NCBI GenBank assembly: GCA_964350165.1
Contig: CAYGJA010000001.1
Coordinates: forward strand, 86,823-150,822
DNA: 64,000 nt
DNA from: an uncultured Candidatus Saccharibacteria bacterium
GTDB taxonomy: Bacteria > Patescibacteriota > Minisyncoccia > Phycocordibacterales > UBA1006
Reading direction: 5' to 3'
Below the pieces are notes generated by a model. It was not told the origin of the DNA. It worked only from the letters and a program-made list of their open reading frames with translations, and made no database searches. A program made the translations under genes and the position numbers. Below, piece by piece: positions 1 through 9,552 of the stretch; position 1 is the stretch's first letter, and every line of letters begins with the position of its first letter.

Positions 1-1195
<1,195 letters not shown>

Positions 1196-1200
1196 CTACT

Positions 1201-1629
1201 ATGTCGCAGAAAACACAGCTACAATTTTCTATTGTCACCACAGAAAAAATCGTTTATGAACAAACGGTTCGTTCTGTTACGCTGCCGACCTCTGCTGGAG
1301 AAATTACTGTTTTCCCCAACCACATGCCGCTAATCTCCACCCTTGGAACAGGCTCAATCACCGCTCACACAGAAAACGGTGACCATGCTTTTGCGGTAGC
1401 TGGAGGAATCTTAGAAGTACGACGAAACAATCATGTGGTCGTCCTAGCCAGCAATTCTGAAGCCGCTGACCAGATCGACATTGAACGTGCCCAGGCCGCT
1501 TATGATCGTGCCAAGCAGTATCTAGAAGAGAAAAGGGGTGTTGCTGATGCTGAATATGCAAAACTACAGGCAGTGCTCGAAAAAAACCTAAACCGCGTCA
1601 CCATTGCCAGGCGCCACAATTCTCGTTAA
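1201..1629 (+). CDS. atpC: F0F1 ATP synthase epsilon subunit
   Basis: 142 aa lying 5 nt after atpD. The N-terminal beta-sandwich sequence (LQFSIVTTEKIVYEQ...) and C-terminal helical hairpin are typical of the epsilon subunit. Confidence 0.85.
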   Translation: MSQKTQLQFSIVTTEKIVYEQTVRSVTLPTSAGEITVFPNHMPLISTLGTGSITAHTENGDHAFAVAGGILEVRRNNHVVVLASNSEAADQIDIERAQAAYDRAKQYLEEKRGVADAEYAKLQAVLEKNLNRVTIARRHNSR

Positions 1630-1730
1630 AATTGCTTTAACACCCTCGAACACTCACTCCTGATATACTGGAGTAGATGCAAGACAAGAAAACTACAGAC
1701 AGGCAAGAATTCAAGCCCCAGCAACACTCG

Positions 1731-2063
1731 ATGCTGAGGCTTGAGTCGCATGCTGATTTTTTGCAAGCATTAGAAAAATCAAAAAAAGAATCAGTTTTTA
1801 TTTTCAAACACAGCCTCAGCTGTTCCATCAGCATGCAAGCATACAGAATAGTAACCACCGCCTTGCAAGACAAAGTTATCACCATCCCCACATACCTCTT
1901 GGTTGTGCAAGACAGCCCAAGTCTTAAAATAGAAACAGCAGAAGCTTTGCATATCCAACACGAATCGCCTCAAATTATTATCTTGCGTCCAAATAAAACC
2001 AGCGCCGCACTTAACCACGAGGACATAACGATGACCTCGATCACTAATCTTTTATCTTCATGA
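1731..2063 (+). CDS. YtxJ/BrxC-like monothiol thioredoxin-fold protein (DUF2847-like)
   Basis: The motif FIFKHSLSCSIS matches the FKHSTxCPIS signature of YtxJ-family redox proteins. The ORF track starts at 1677; an internal Met at 1731 gives a length typical for the family (about 110 aa). The stop overlaps the downstream start (ATGA). Confidence 0.5.
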   Translation: MLRLESHADFLQALEKSKKESVFIFKHSLSCSISMQAYRIVTTALQDKVITIPTYLLVVQDSPSLKIETAEALHIQHESPQIIILRPNKTSAALNHEDITMTSITNLLSS

Positions 2064-2431
2064 ATCAATCACTTGAACTATTAGCAAGAATCATACTTGG
2101 AGGGTTTTTTGTTATGTCTGGCATTAACCATTTTGTGAAAATGAAAATCATGGCAGACATGGTTAGTCAGAAAAAACTACCTAAACCAAAGTTGCTTGTC
2201 GCTTTTTCTGGAATTGGCCTGATTGCGGGAGGGTCGGGAATTTTGCTTTGGATGGTACCGGTAATCGCATCACTGGGACTTGCCTTGTTTTTGATTATTA
2301 CGGCTTTTACAATGCACAATTTTTGGAAACTAAAAAATGCGGCCATTGATGTGCAAATGAATGAAATGAGATTTTTTATGATGAATATTGCCCTTGCTGG
2401 TGCCCTAATACTTCTCGCAACGTTGCTGTAG
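2060..2431 (+). CDS. DoxX family small membrane protein
   Basis: 123 aa with 3-4 TM helices and an N-terminus (LLARIILGGFFVMSGINHF) typical of DoxX. Translationally coupled to the upstream thioredoxin-like gene. Confidence 0.55.
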   Translation: MNQSLELLARIILGGFFVMSGINHFVKMKIMADMVSQKKLPKPKLLVAFSGIGLIAGGSGILLWMVPVIASLGLALFLIITAFTMHNFWKLKNAAIDVQMNEMRFFMMNIALAGALILLATLL

Positions 2432-2528
2432 CAACAAAAAATCACCATATTTTTGAAAAACAGTCAAATAATAGTCATGCTATTATGGGTTTATTACTAT
2501 AGAAATAAAAGCTTGTAGCCAAATCCCT

Positions 2529-3221
2529 ATGGACCAGAACAGCCCAGAAAAAAACAAAGACAACCAGTCAGCGCAATCAAACCAAGAAAATGGACAAGAG
2601 ACAACCAAAGTTGGTGCAGAAAAAAACAACTCTTCTTGGCAAATAGTCCTAACTGTTATCGCCATCATTGCCATCATCCTTATTTTTGCCTTACCAGACC
2701 GTAAGAAAAACGATGGCATCATCTCAGGCGAGGACAACACTGAGACAATCGAGACCGAAGGCAGTGCAACCTCAACCGAGAACGGCTCGACCGAGGAGTC
2801 TACCAACACGGGCCCAAGCACAAACAGTGGCTTTATGACACCCATCGCCGTAGATAATGAATTTGTATACTCTTTTTCTGGAATTGACTGGTTCTTTGAG
2901 TCTGTTGACGAGGGAACTGTCGTTGAGTTCAAGTTCTCTGAATTTTCACGACGAGAGGGAAGTATTGTTGCTTTTGGAAACCCTTATCGTCTCGGAGTTT
3001 TTCCTGGAACATGTACAGAGGTAAGTAGCCTAGCTATTGGAAACGCTACGGACACCCCGCTTGCCTATGTATCCTGCCGCACCGAAGGAAATACGGGAAG
3101 TGATATTGCCCTTTTCCAAGACGGCGCTAAAGTATATGCAGCTCAACGAACAGTAGAAAATGGAAAGAGTGGAGATTTTTCTGAATTCTTCTCTCGAGAC
3201 ATAACAACTATCGTTCGATAA
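2529..3221 (+). CDS. Hypothetical membrane-anchored protein
   Basis: Polar N-terminal low-complexity stretch, one TM helix (WQIVLTVIAIIAIILIFAL), an E/T/S-rich linker and a C-terminal globular part. No recognisable family. Confidence 0.5.
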   Translation: MDQNSPEKNKDNQSAQSNQENGQETTKVGAEKNNSSWQIVLTVIAIIAIILIFALPDRKKNDGIISGEDNTETIETEGSATSTENGSTEESTNTGPSTNSGFMTPIAVDNEFVYSFSGIDWFFESVDEGTVVEFKFSEFSRREGSIVAFGNPYRLGVFPGTCTEVSSLAIGNATDTPLAYVSCRTEGNTGSDIALFQDGAKVYAAQRTVENGKSGDFSEFFSRDITTIVR

Positions 3222-3239
3222 ATTAGACAAAGGTTTTTA

Positions 3240-3290
3240 CCCCAAAAAAACACCCTCACGAGCGAGGGTGTTTTTTTGGGGTAAAAAATA
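3240..3290. terminator. Intrinsic terminator, long perfect hairpin flanked by an A-run and a T-run
   Basis: ccccaaaaaaacaccctc-acgagc-gagggtgtttttttgggg. Position is consistent with termination of the upstream + gene. Confidence 0.6.
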
Positions 3291-3313
3291 AAACTTTACG
3301 CTACAATAAAAAA

Positions 3314-4030
3314 ATGGAACCAAAACATAGCCCAACTTTTTCTATTGTCGCAACCCCAATTGGCAACATGAAAGACATCACTCTTCGAGCTTTGGAAGTA
3401 TTAACCGAGTCAGACATTGTGTTTTGCGAAGACACTAGGGTAACAAAAAAAATACTGACTCGTTATGAAATCTCTACCCCAACGAGGTCTTATCATGCTC
3501 ATTCAGGCGAAAGAGGGAAGAGAGAGATTTTAGATGCTCTTCAGCAAGGAAAAAAATGTGCCCTTGTAACTGACGCGGGTACGCCAGGAATTTCTGATCC
3601 CGGACCGGAACTGGTTTCCTTTTTGCGCTCAGAATTACCAGAGCTAGACATTGTCCCAGTGCCCGGCCCAGACGCAGCAACGACACTTCTTTCTGTGGCG
3701 GGAATTCCCACCCAGCCTTATCTTTTCTTTGGCTTTCTCCCAACCAAAAAAGGTCGTCAGACATTACTCACAGAATTCATAGATCATCGAAACAAGTTCA
3801 CAATTGTGTTTTATGAATCAACGCATCGCATACTAAAGCTCCTCCAAGAACTACAAGCACACAATTACACAGACGAGCTGGTTCTAGGAAAAGAGCTCAC
3901 CAAAATGCATGAACAGATTATTCGGGGCACTCCAGACGAAATACAAAACATTTTTCTCAAAGAACCATCACTGCAAAAAGGAGAATTTGTCGTTGCGCTT
4001 CCAAAAATTTCAAAAAACCTTAGTATTTAG
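3314..4030 (+). CDS. rsmI: 16S rRNA (cytidine1402-2'-O)-methyltransferase
   Basis: N-terminus FSIVATPIGNMKDITLRALEVL...VFCEDTR matches the RsmI (tetrapyrrole-methylase-like) signature. TACAAT lies 8 nt upstream of the ATG, which would give a near-leaderless transcript. Confidence 0.85.
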   Translation: MEPKHSPTFSIVATPIGNMKDITLRALEVLTESDIVFCEDTRVTKKILTRYEISTPTRSYHAHSGERGKREILDALQQGKKCALVTDAGTPGISDPGPELVSFLRSELPELDIVPVPGPDAATTLLSVAGIPTQPYLFFGFLPTKKGRQTLLTEFIDHRNKFTIVFYESTHRILKLLQELQAHNYTDELVLGKELTKMHEQIIRGTPDEIQNIFLKEPSLQKGEFVVALPKISKNLSI

Positions 4031-4086
4031 CGTTTGCTTCATCGTTTGCTATACTAGGAAAACATTATCGCCATGACCGTACAGAC

Positions 4087-4878
4087 ATGAAAGCAGGCAA
4101 GCTAGAATTATTCACAGGAATCTTGATTGGTTTTTTACCCTTCTTGGGTTTGCCAAGCAGTTTCTTTAAATTCAGCTTGCCGATCCTTGGTGCGTTAATT
4201 CTCTATAATGCATACAAAAGACGCGCCGCACCAAACAGCAACAACGAAGAGGATTCCGAGCCTTATCCTGAAACAGAAACGTTTGCTACCAAAAAAGACA
4301 TCGCAAACGAAGAAAGAGCACCAGAAGAGAAAAAAACGCCAGCTTCTCAAATTCCTATTCTTGTCAAAAAAGAAACGGCACTTGATTATTCTTCGAAAAA
4401 CTCAGAAAAACTAAATCGACAGCATTTAATATTGGCTCTGCAGATGCTTGGTTATCGCCAAAAACAAGACATCGAAACCAGCCGACTGGCCAGTCGCATT
4501 AGCATGGAGAAAAAGAAAGCATATTTTGACATGCCAGAAATCGAAGCGACCGAACCCCCAGAAGAAGTAGAAGATGCTCTTGAGGAAATTATTCAAGACA
4601 AAGAAACAAATGAAAACATAGAGATAATCGTTGATGAAGACCTCTTGCTCGATGAAGGCGCTTTCTCCGCCGAACCACAGACTCGACGCCAACCTGAACC
4701 AAAAATACATCCAGAAAAACAAAATATTTTCCTTGAAGAATCCGAAGAAGAGCTGATACCGAGAGAAAAAAACAACGAGGATGACGAAGGGGAAGATGAT
4801 TTCTTTATGAACCAGAACCAAACCCCCAGCATGGATGCAGATCTTCTTTCTCGAATCGGAGACGAGATTGAAGAATAG
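4087..4878 (+). CDS. Hypothetical acidic protein with an N-terminal TM anchor
   Basis: 263 aa with an N-terminal hydrophobic segment followed by a highly acidic E/D-rich low-complexity region. No family recognised. Confidence 0.45.
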   Translation: MKAGKLELFTGILIGFLPFLGLPSSFFKFSLPILGALILYNAYKRRAAPNSNNEEDSEPYPETETFATKKDIANEERAPEEKKTPASQIPILVKKETALDYSSKNSEKLNRQHLILALQMLGYRQKQDIETSRLASRISMEKKKAYFDMPEIEATEPPEEVEDALEEIIQDKETNENIEIIVDEDLLLDEGAFSAEPQTRRQPEPKIHPEKQNIFLEESEEELIPREKNNEDDEGEDDFFMNQNQTPSMDADLLSRIGDEIEE

Positions 4879-4910
4879 GGCAATATGGTATACTCTGCGA
4901 ACATAATAAT

Positions 4911-6143
4911 ATGAACACTACTCATCACAAAAAAAATAATATTGTAGCTAGTTTGATTGTTCTTGTGCTGGTTTTTATTGCTGGTGTCTTCGCCGGAAAG
5001 GGAAACTATACCGCTGCAGCCATTATCCCTGATGAAATTGAAAACTCTGAATCAGACAAAGTTAGTACTGATTTTGGTCGTTTCTGGGAAGCCTGGCAGC
5101 TTCTAGAGGAAAAATACCCCTTTGAAGAACCAACCAGTGAAGACAAGCTCTTTGGCGCCATATCAGGCCTTACGCGCGCTTATGGCGATCCTTACACAGT
5201 GTTCTTTCCACCCAAAGAAGCGGCTAGTTTCAACGAAGATATCAGTGGAGAATTTAGTGGTGTTGGAATGGAGGTGGGTCTTCGTAATGGTGTAGTCACC
5301 ATCGTGGCTCCACTCAAGGGGACCCCCGCAGAACAAGCGGGTCTTTTGGCTGGTGACGTTATCTATAAGATAGACGGAACAGAAACCAATGATCTGGGTA
5401 TCGATAGCGCCGTCCAGATGATTCGCGGCCCCCGAGGAACTGCCGTCGAATTAATTATTCTTCGCGAAGGAGAATTTGAGCCACTCACCATATCCGTAAC
5501 TCGTGACATTATTGAAATACCAACCCTCGAAACCAGACTAACCGAGGACAATATTTTTGTTATCGAGCTCTATAATTTTATCGGCAATGTGGATGTTCAA
5601 TTCGAAGAAGCCATGACAGAATTTGAACAATCAGGAGCAACTGAATTAGTGCTAGATTTACGCAATAATCCGGGAGGCTTTCTGCAAAGCGCCATTAATA
5701 TTTCTAGTTGGTTTTTGCCCATCGGAGAGATCGTTGTGACCGAGCGAACGAACATAGCAGGCGAAGAAGAGCAGGTTTATCGCAGTCTTGGCAAATCAAG
5801 CCTCATTACACGTGAATATAACACGGTAATACTTGTTAATGGCGGATCCGCTTCTGCCTCAGAAATCGTAGCCGGAGCCTTGGCACCTCTGGATACCGTC
5901 ACCCTCGTGGGAGAACAAACATTCGGCAAAGGTTCTGTCCAAGAGCTGGTGGCTCTTCCTGATGGAACCTCGCTCAAAATAACTGTTGCCAAGTGGTATA
6001 CCCCCGATGGCACCTCCATTTCTGAAAACGGACTTACTCCAGATATAGAAATCGAAATGACCGCTGACGATTATCAGGAAGAGCGCGATCCGCAATACGA
6101 CAAAGCAATCGAAGTGCTCTTGGAAAAACGAACGAACAAATAA
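4911..6143 (+). CDS. ctpA: Carboxyl-terminal processing protease (S41 family) with a PDZ domain
   Basis: N-terminal TM, a PDZ-like GVGMEV...GTPAEQAGLLAGDVIYKIDG and the S41 LVLDLRNNPGG motif with a downstream GSASASEI. Confidence 0.85.
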   Translation: MNTTHHKKNNIVASLIVLVLVFIAGVFAGKGNYTAAAIIPDEIENSESDKVSTDFGRFWEAWQLLEEKYPFEEPTSEDKLFGAISGLTRAYGDPYTVFFPPKEAASFNEDISGEFSGVGMEVGLRNGVVTIVAPLKGTPAEQAGLLAGDVIYKIDGTETNDLGIDSAVQMIRGPRGTAVELIILREGEFEPLTISVTRDIIEIPTLETRLTEDNIFVIELYNFIGNVDVQFEEAMTEFEQSGATELVLDLRNNPGGFLQSAINISSWFLPIGEIVVTERTNIAGEEEQVYRSLGKSSLITREYNTVILVNGGSASASEIVAGALAPLDTVTLVGEQTFGKGSVQELVALPDGTSLKITVAKWYTPDGTSISENGLTPDIEIEMTADDYQEERDPQYDKAIEVLLEKRTNK

Positions 6144-6157
6144 ACCAACACACGCTT

Positions 6158-6610
6158 ATGGAAATATTCTTACTAGAAAATGTACGCAACCTTGGTCAAA
6201 AACATTCCGTAGTAAAAGTACCCGACGGATATGCCAACAACAATCTTATTCCTAAAAAATTAGCCATTCCCGCCACCTCTCAACAAGCCAAAGACCTCCT
6301 ATCTAAACAAAAAAGCAAGCAAGAAGGGGTAAACAAAAAGGCATCAGGAATCAAAGAAAAAATAACTGAACTGGCAGACCCCTTGGTGGTTTCTACTCGC
6401 ACTAATGAGCATGGTCATCTCTACCAAGCCATTAACGATCGCGATGTTTTCAAAGAAATTCAAAAAGCGATTCCGAATATTAGCGCCAAAGAAATCTCAA
6501 TTCAACTTGAATCAGCAAATATCAAAGAACTAGGGGAGTACCAAGCAACAATAAGGATATCTGCCACGAGAGAGGAAATCACAAAAAAAATAATCGTAAT
6601 CTCGGCTTAA
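6158..6610 (+). CDS. rplI: 50S ribosomal protein L9
   Basis: MEIFLLENVRNLGQKHSVVKVPDGYANNNLIPKKLA matches the L9 N-domain. 150 aa. Confidence 0.85.
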   Translation: MEIFLLENVRNLGQKHSVVKVPDGYANNNLIPKKLAIPATSQQAKDLLSKQKSKQEGVNKKASGIKEKITELADPLVVSTRTNEHGHLYQAINDRDVFKEIQKAIPNISAKEISIQLESANIKELGEYQATIRISATREEITKKIIVISA

Positions 6611-6659
6611 TTCCTTCCAACAAAAAAACACCCTAAGGGTGTTTTTTTGTTGGAAGGAA
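6611..6659. terminator. Bidirectional intrinsic terminator (about 23-bp perfect stem)
   Basis: ttccttccaacaaaaaaacaccc-taa-gggtgtttttttgttggaaggaa sits between convergent rplI (+) and rpmA (-). Confidence 0.7.
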
Positions 6660-6677
6660 TTAATGCAGAACTAAACC

Positions 6678-6965
6678 TTAGTTATTGTCTTCGACAACAA
6701 CATTTACGATTTTTCGTCGCTTAGTGGCTCCATTAAAAGACAACTTTCGTTTGCTTTCAAATTTTACCGTTCCATCGACAAGGGAGAACAGGGTGTCATC
6801 TTTTCCTTTGGAAACGTTGACTCCTGGCATAATCTTACTGCCTCGCTGGCGCACGATAATAGCACCAGGCTTGGCCTTTTGACCATCAGCAAGCTTTACT
6901 CCGAGATATTGTGGGTTGGAGTCTCGCAATACACGCGATGATCCTCCGGCTTTCCTATGTGCCAT
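6678..6965 (-). CDS. rpmA: 50S ribosomal protein L27
   Basis: [24 protein letters not shown]... is the canonical L27 N-terminus. The ORF-track 5' extension to 7091 is rejected, and no rplU lies upstream. Confidence 0.9.
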   Translation of the reverse strand: MAHRKAGGSSRVLRDSNPQYLGVKLADGQKAKPGAIIVRQRGSKIMPGVNVSKGKDDTLFSLVDGTVKFESKRKLSFNGATKRRKIVNVVVEDNN

Positions 6966-7008
6966 ACGTGATACAATGCTGTCAGACAGCTGATTAATTA
7001 CTGAAAAC

Positions 7009-7383
7009 ATGGAAAGTCTACACAAAATCAAAGGAAAAATCAACCCAAGAGCCCTTACTTTTATACTCATGTGCCTAGTTTTCATAGCCACGGCTATTGG
7101 GTCTTTTGCTCTAGGCCGAATATCGGCCTCAAAAGAGCAGAAAAACCCTACTAGCCAAGTACGAGGCGTTTTTGTTGATACCAGCGCCTCAGACGTCTAT
7201 TTTGAGGCAGAGGAGGCACGTACGACTTCGCCTAAGTCCATTGTGGCCTCAGTAAATGGCACCAGGTACTACCCAAAAGACTGCAAAGCGGCGAACAGCA
7301 TTAACCCCGAAAATCAAATCTGGTTTTCTAATGAAAACGAAGCCAAAATGGCGGGATATACCTTGTCCAAGAGCTGCGACTAG
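7009..7383 (+). CDS. Hypothetical membrane-anchored small protein; C-terminal motif is weakly Ada-Zn-binding-like but carries only two Cys
   Basis: N-terminal TM ([19 protein letters not shown]). The C-terminal YYPKDC...[21 protein letters not shown] resembles the second half of the Ada N-terminal metal-binding domain but lacks the Cys4 set. Divergent from rpmA. Confidence 0.4.
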   Translation: MESLHKIKGKINPRALTFILMCLVFIATAIGSFALGRISASKEQKNPTSQVRGVFVDTSASDVYFEAEEARTTSPKSIVASVNGTRYYPKDCKAANSINPENQIWFSNENEAKMAGYTLSKSCD

Positions 7384-7419
7384 TTTTCGAACCCCAAGAA
7401 CATACTCAATTAAATAAGA

Positions 7420-7629
7420 TTGACTTATTTTTTAAATATTGTATAAAAAATCCATGCATTACTGCACAAATCACAAGCTAATTACTTACACCTCCGCGAA
7501 TCAAATCGTAGGGAGCTTTGTAATGAGCTTAACTTGTGATGCTGTGTATGCGATCTAACTCCTAAAAATACACCGAAAGATGGATATAGAACATCACCAG
7601 TGAAGCACTCCTGGTGATGTTCTTTTTTT
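7420..7629 (+). ncRNA. Candidate small RNA or cis-acting leader, defined by a promoter, about 175 nt of structured RNA and an intrinsic terminator
   Basis: TTGACT-16-TATAAA promoter at about 7420-7447, and a long imperfect stem between tcacaagctaattac and gtaatgagcttaacttgtga. A CCUCC stretch lies between the arms. The terminator gaacatcaccag-tgaagcactc-ctggtgatgttc + T7 is at about 7589-7629, 33 nt before the GNAT start. Confidence 0.35.
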
Positions 7630-7662
7630 CTCAATCTTTTCTTTCACAAAAAAATAATTCTT

Positions 7663-8355
7663 ATGAAAAATCTAAAAGACTTCTTACTGGAACACATTGA
7701 GCCGGGACTACCCGAACCCTGTATCGCCTTTGGCATGATAGGCGACAGCTGCCGACTAGGAGCGGCTCATCCGGCTTATGCCGAGACGTACTGGCGCCTC
7801 ATCAACGAAGAACACCTGGGCCTAGGTCGACGTGGACCAATTGGGTATACAGACGAACTCAACTGGATCCAAAGAATTTCTGAACGAGGTGGGCGAATGC
7901 AAGTTCAAGATAATTATTCGTTTTGCATTTTTGCACCTACAGGGAAATTACCAATCGGAATGATCAGCCTCCATCGCACACAAGAGGATGGTCAGTCTGT
8001 GTGGCACACTGGCACCTTTATCGGCAAGCCCTGGCAACGACAAGGTATTGGTACTCAAGCTAAAATGTTTCTACTACGCTGGGTTAGCCTCAATTTTAGC
8101 CCTAGCGAAATATCAGAAATTTTCTCAACGGTATATCCGTTTAATACTGGATCACTAAAAACCCAACAGAAATGCGGCTACGTGGTGGTCCAGCAAAATG
8201 AACAACAGCCCAAGACTCATTATCGCAACGGGCAACCATACCAGGAGGTCTTACTCAAGGTAATCCCAGGAGTAAGATGGCTTGAGAATTACTGGAATCC
8301 ATATGCCCAAAAACACAATTTAAAAAAATGGGACCCAAAGGAGCTAGATAGCTAA
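7663..8355 (+). CDS. GNAT-family N-acetyltransferase (RimL-like)
   Basis: Motif-A-like WQRQGIGTQA and a GNAT-like overall pattern. 230 aa. Confidence 0.55.
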   Translation: MKNLKDFLLEHIEPGLPEPCIAFGMIGDSCRLGAAHPAYAETYWRLINEEHLGLGRRGPIGYTDELNWIQRISERGGRMQVQDNYSFCIFAPTGKLPIGMISLHRTQEDGQSVWHTGTFIGKPWQRQGIGTQAKMFLLRWVSLNFSPSEISEIFSTVYPFNTGSLKTQQKCGYVVVQQNEQQPKTHYRNGQPYQEVLLKVIPGVRWLENYWNPYAQKHNLKKWDPKELDS

Positions 8356-8369
8356 CTTTATTCAAAAAC

Positions 8370-8403
8370 AAAAAATACCCAAATTAATATTTGGGTATTT
8401 TTT
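8370..8403. terminator. Intrinsic terminator downstream of the GNAT gene
   Basis: aaaaaataccc-aaattaatattt-gggtatttttt. Confidence 0.6.
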
Positions 8404-8977
8404 AAAAAAGGAAACACACAGGTAGCAGGGAACCAAGATAAATCATTCCGACACTAGTCTCTCTGAATTTATTTATCCAAGAGAGAAGAGAGGAGTCAGA
8501 AAGATGCACTCGAGAAGATATCCCGGGCATGAACTAGTACCTTGGTTTTGGAATAGGCATAATGTCGCACAATATACCTTTTGCGACATTAGGGAGAAAA
8601 GAAGACCCGAGTTATCCACATAAGGGTACTTAGCATCTGCAAAGCCCTCTACCTGAAGCCTCCTTCGAAAACTTCTTTTTATAACCCTCCATTACATTTT
8701 TTTCATGGCTGGATCCGCTAACGAGGCTTTCGATTAGATGATTCGGTTTTTTTCAAGATAAATTATTTTTAATTAAAAAAATTAAAGATTAAAAAAATCA
8801 ATTCGGTTTTTACATATATTCTTTTTGAAAGTTTTTTTTAAAAATTGCCCCCCTTCTGAAAAAATATTTCTTGAAAAATTTATTCATTCTGTACAAGGCA
8901 GGTCCTCCTTGGGTATCTCCTTCCCCTACCCTTTGCTTGTTTTTTAAGTAACTTGACAAGTATTAAAATCTGTTGCA

Positions 8978-9550
8978 TTAAAAAGAAACTGCTCCCAGCA
9001 GCTCTTCTCTTCCTTTTTTCTTGTGAGCCGAGACGTATAGAATTTTTTGACCATCAGGCAATAGCTCTTCTAGTTTTTTCTTGAGAGCATGCAACTCTTT
9101 TTGGTTTAATTTGTCTACCTTGTTTACAGCTAATACAAAAGGAATATTCTCTGTTTGCAAGAAATCAAACATCTGCAAATCCAGTTCCGTAACACCGGCT
9201 TTAGCTCCTATTACCAGCACAACACTTCGATTGTCCCGAGGAGCCTCCGCCAAGTACCAGGTGATGAGATCTCGAAGCTTTTCTCGTTCTGTCCGAGAAG
9301 TTTTAGCATAACCATATCCCGGCAAATCAACCATATAAAAAGCATCATTTACTAGGAAAAAATTTACTGTTTTTGTTTTGCCTGGGGTTCCACTAGATTT
9401 AACCAAATCTTTTCTCTGCATCAACATATTCATCAAGCTAGACTTGCCTACATTAGAACGGCCGATAAAAGCAATTTGCTTTTTACCGTCGTGCAATATT
9501 GGCTGATCTGAGACAAGGCTTGTTATAAATTCTGCTGATACTACGTCCAT
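8978..9550 (-). CDS. engB: Ribosome biogenesis GTP-binding protein YsxC/EngB
   Basis: G1 motif GRSNVGKSS and the overall EngB pattern, including DLPGYG. Confidence 0.85.
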   Translation of the reverse strand: MDVVSAEFITSLVSDQPILHDGKKQIAFIGRSNVGKSSLMNMLMQRKDLVKSSGTPGKTKTVNFFLVNDAFYMVDLPGYGYAKTSRTEREKLRDLITWYLAEAPRDNRSVVLVIGAKAGVTELDLQMFDFLQTENIPFVLAVNKVDKLNQKELHALKKKLEELLPDGQKILYVSAHKKKGREELLGAVSF

Positions 9551-9552
9551 GT

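Noticed and set aside
4208-4414. 68-aa highly basic ORF in an alternative frame inside the acidic protein gene
   Set aside because: This is the mirror-image composition artefact of an A/G-rich acidic coding region. There is no independent start signal.
6966-7091. 5' extension of the L27 ORF (track start at 7091)
   Set aside because: The canonical L27 N-terminus MAHRKAGG begins at the internal Met (6965). The extension would overlap the divergent gene start region.
7009-7383. Ada-type Cys4 zinc-binding domain assignment for the membrane-anchored small protein
   Set aside because: The motif spacing resembles the Ada N-terminal domain, but only two cysteines are present outside the TM segment, so a Cys4 zinc site is impossible. 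It is kept as a hypothetical protein.
8560-8591. Inverted repeat tested against XerCD dif consensus
   Set aside because: The left arm ends in GCATAA like dif, but the central region is 12 nt, not 6, and the right arm does not match TTATGTTAAAT-type arms. It is kept only as an unexplained inverted repeat.
8404-8977. oriC hypothesis for the AT-rich gene-free region
   Set aside because: I found only one consensus DnaA box, and flanking genes converge rather than diverge. The hypothesis is not rejected outright but is judged weak without GC-skew data.
7384-8977. Scan of the gene-free and structured regions for tRNA, tmRNA, SRP RNA and RNase P RNA
   Set aside because: I saw no GGTTCGAATCC-like T-arm, no tRNA-like CCA-proximal ends and no recognisable SRP domain IV or RNase P P4 motifs. 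An Infernal scan would be needed for certainty.
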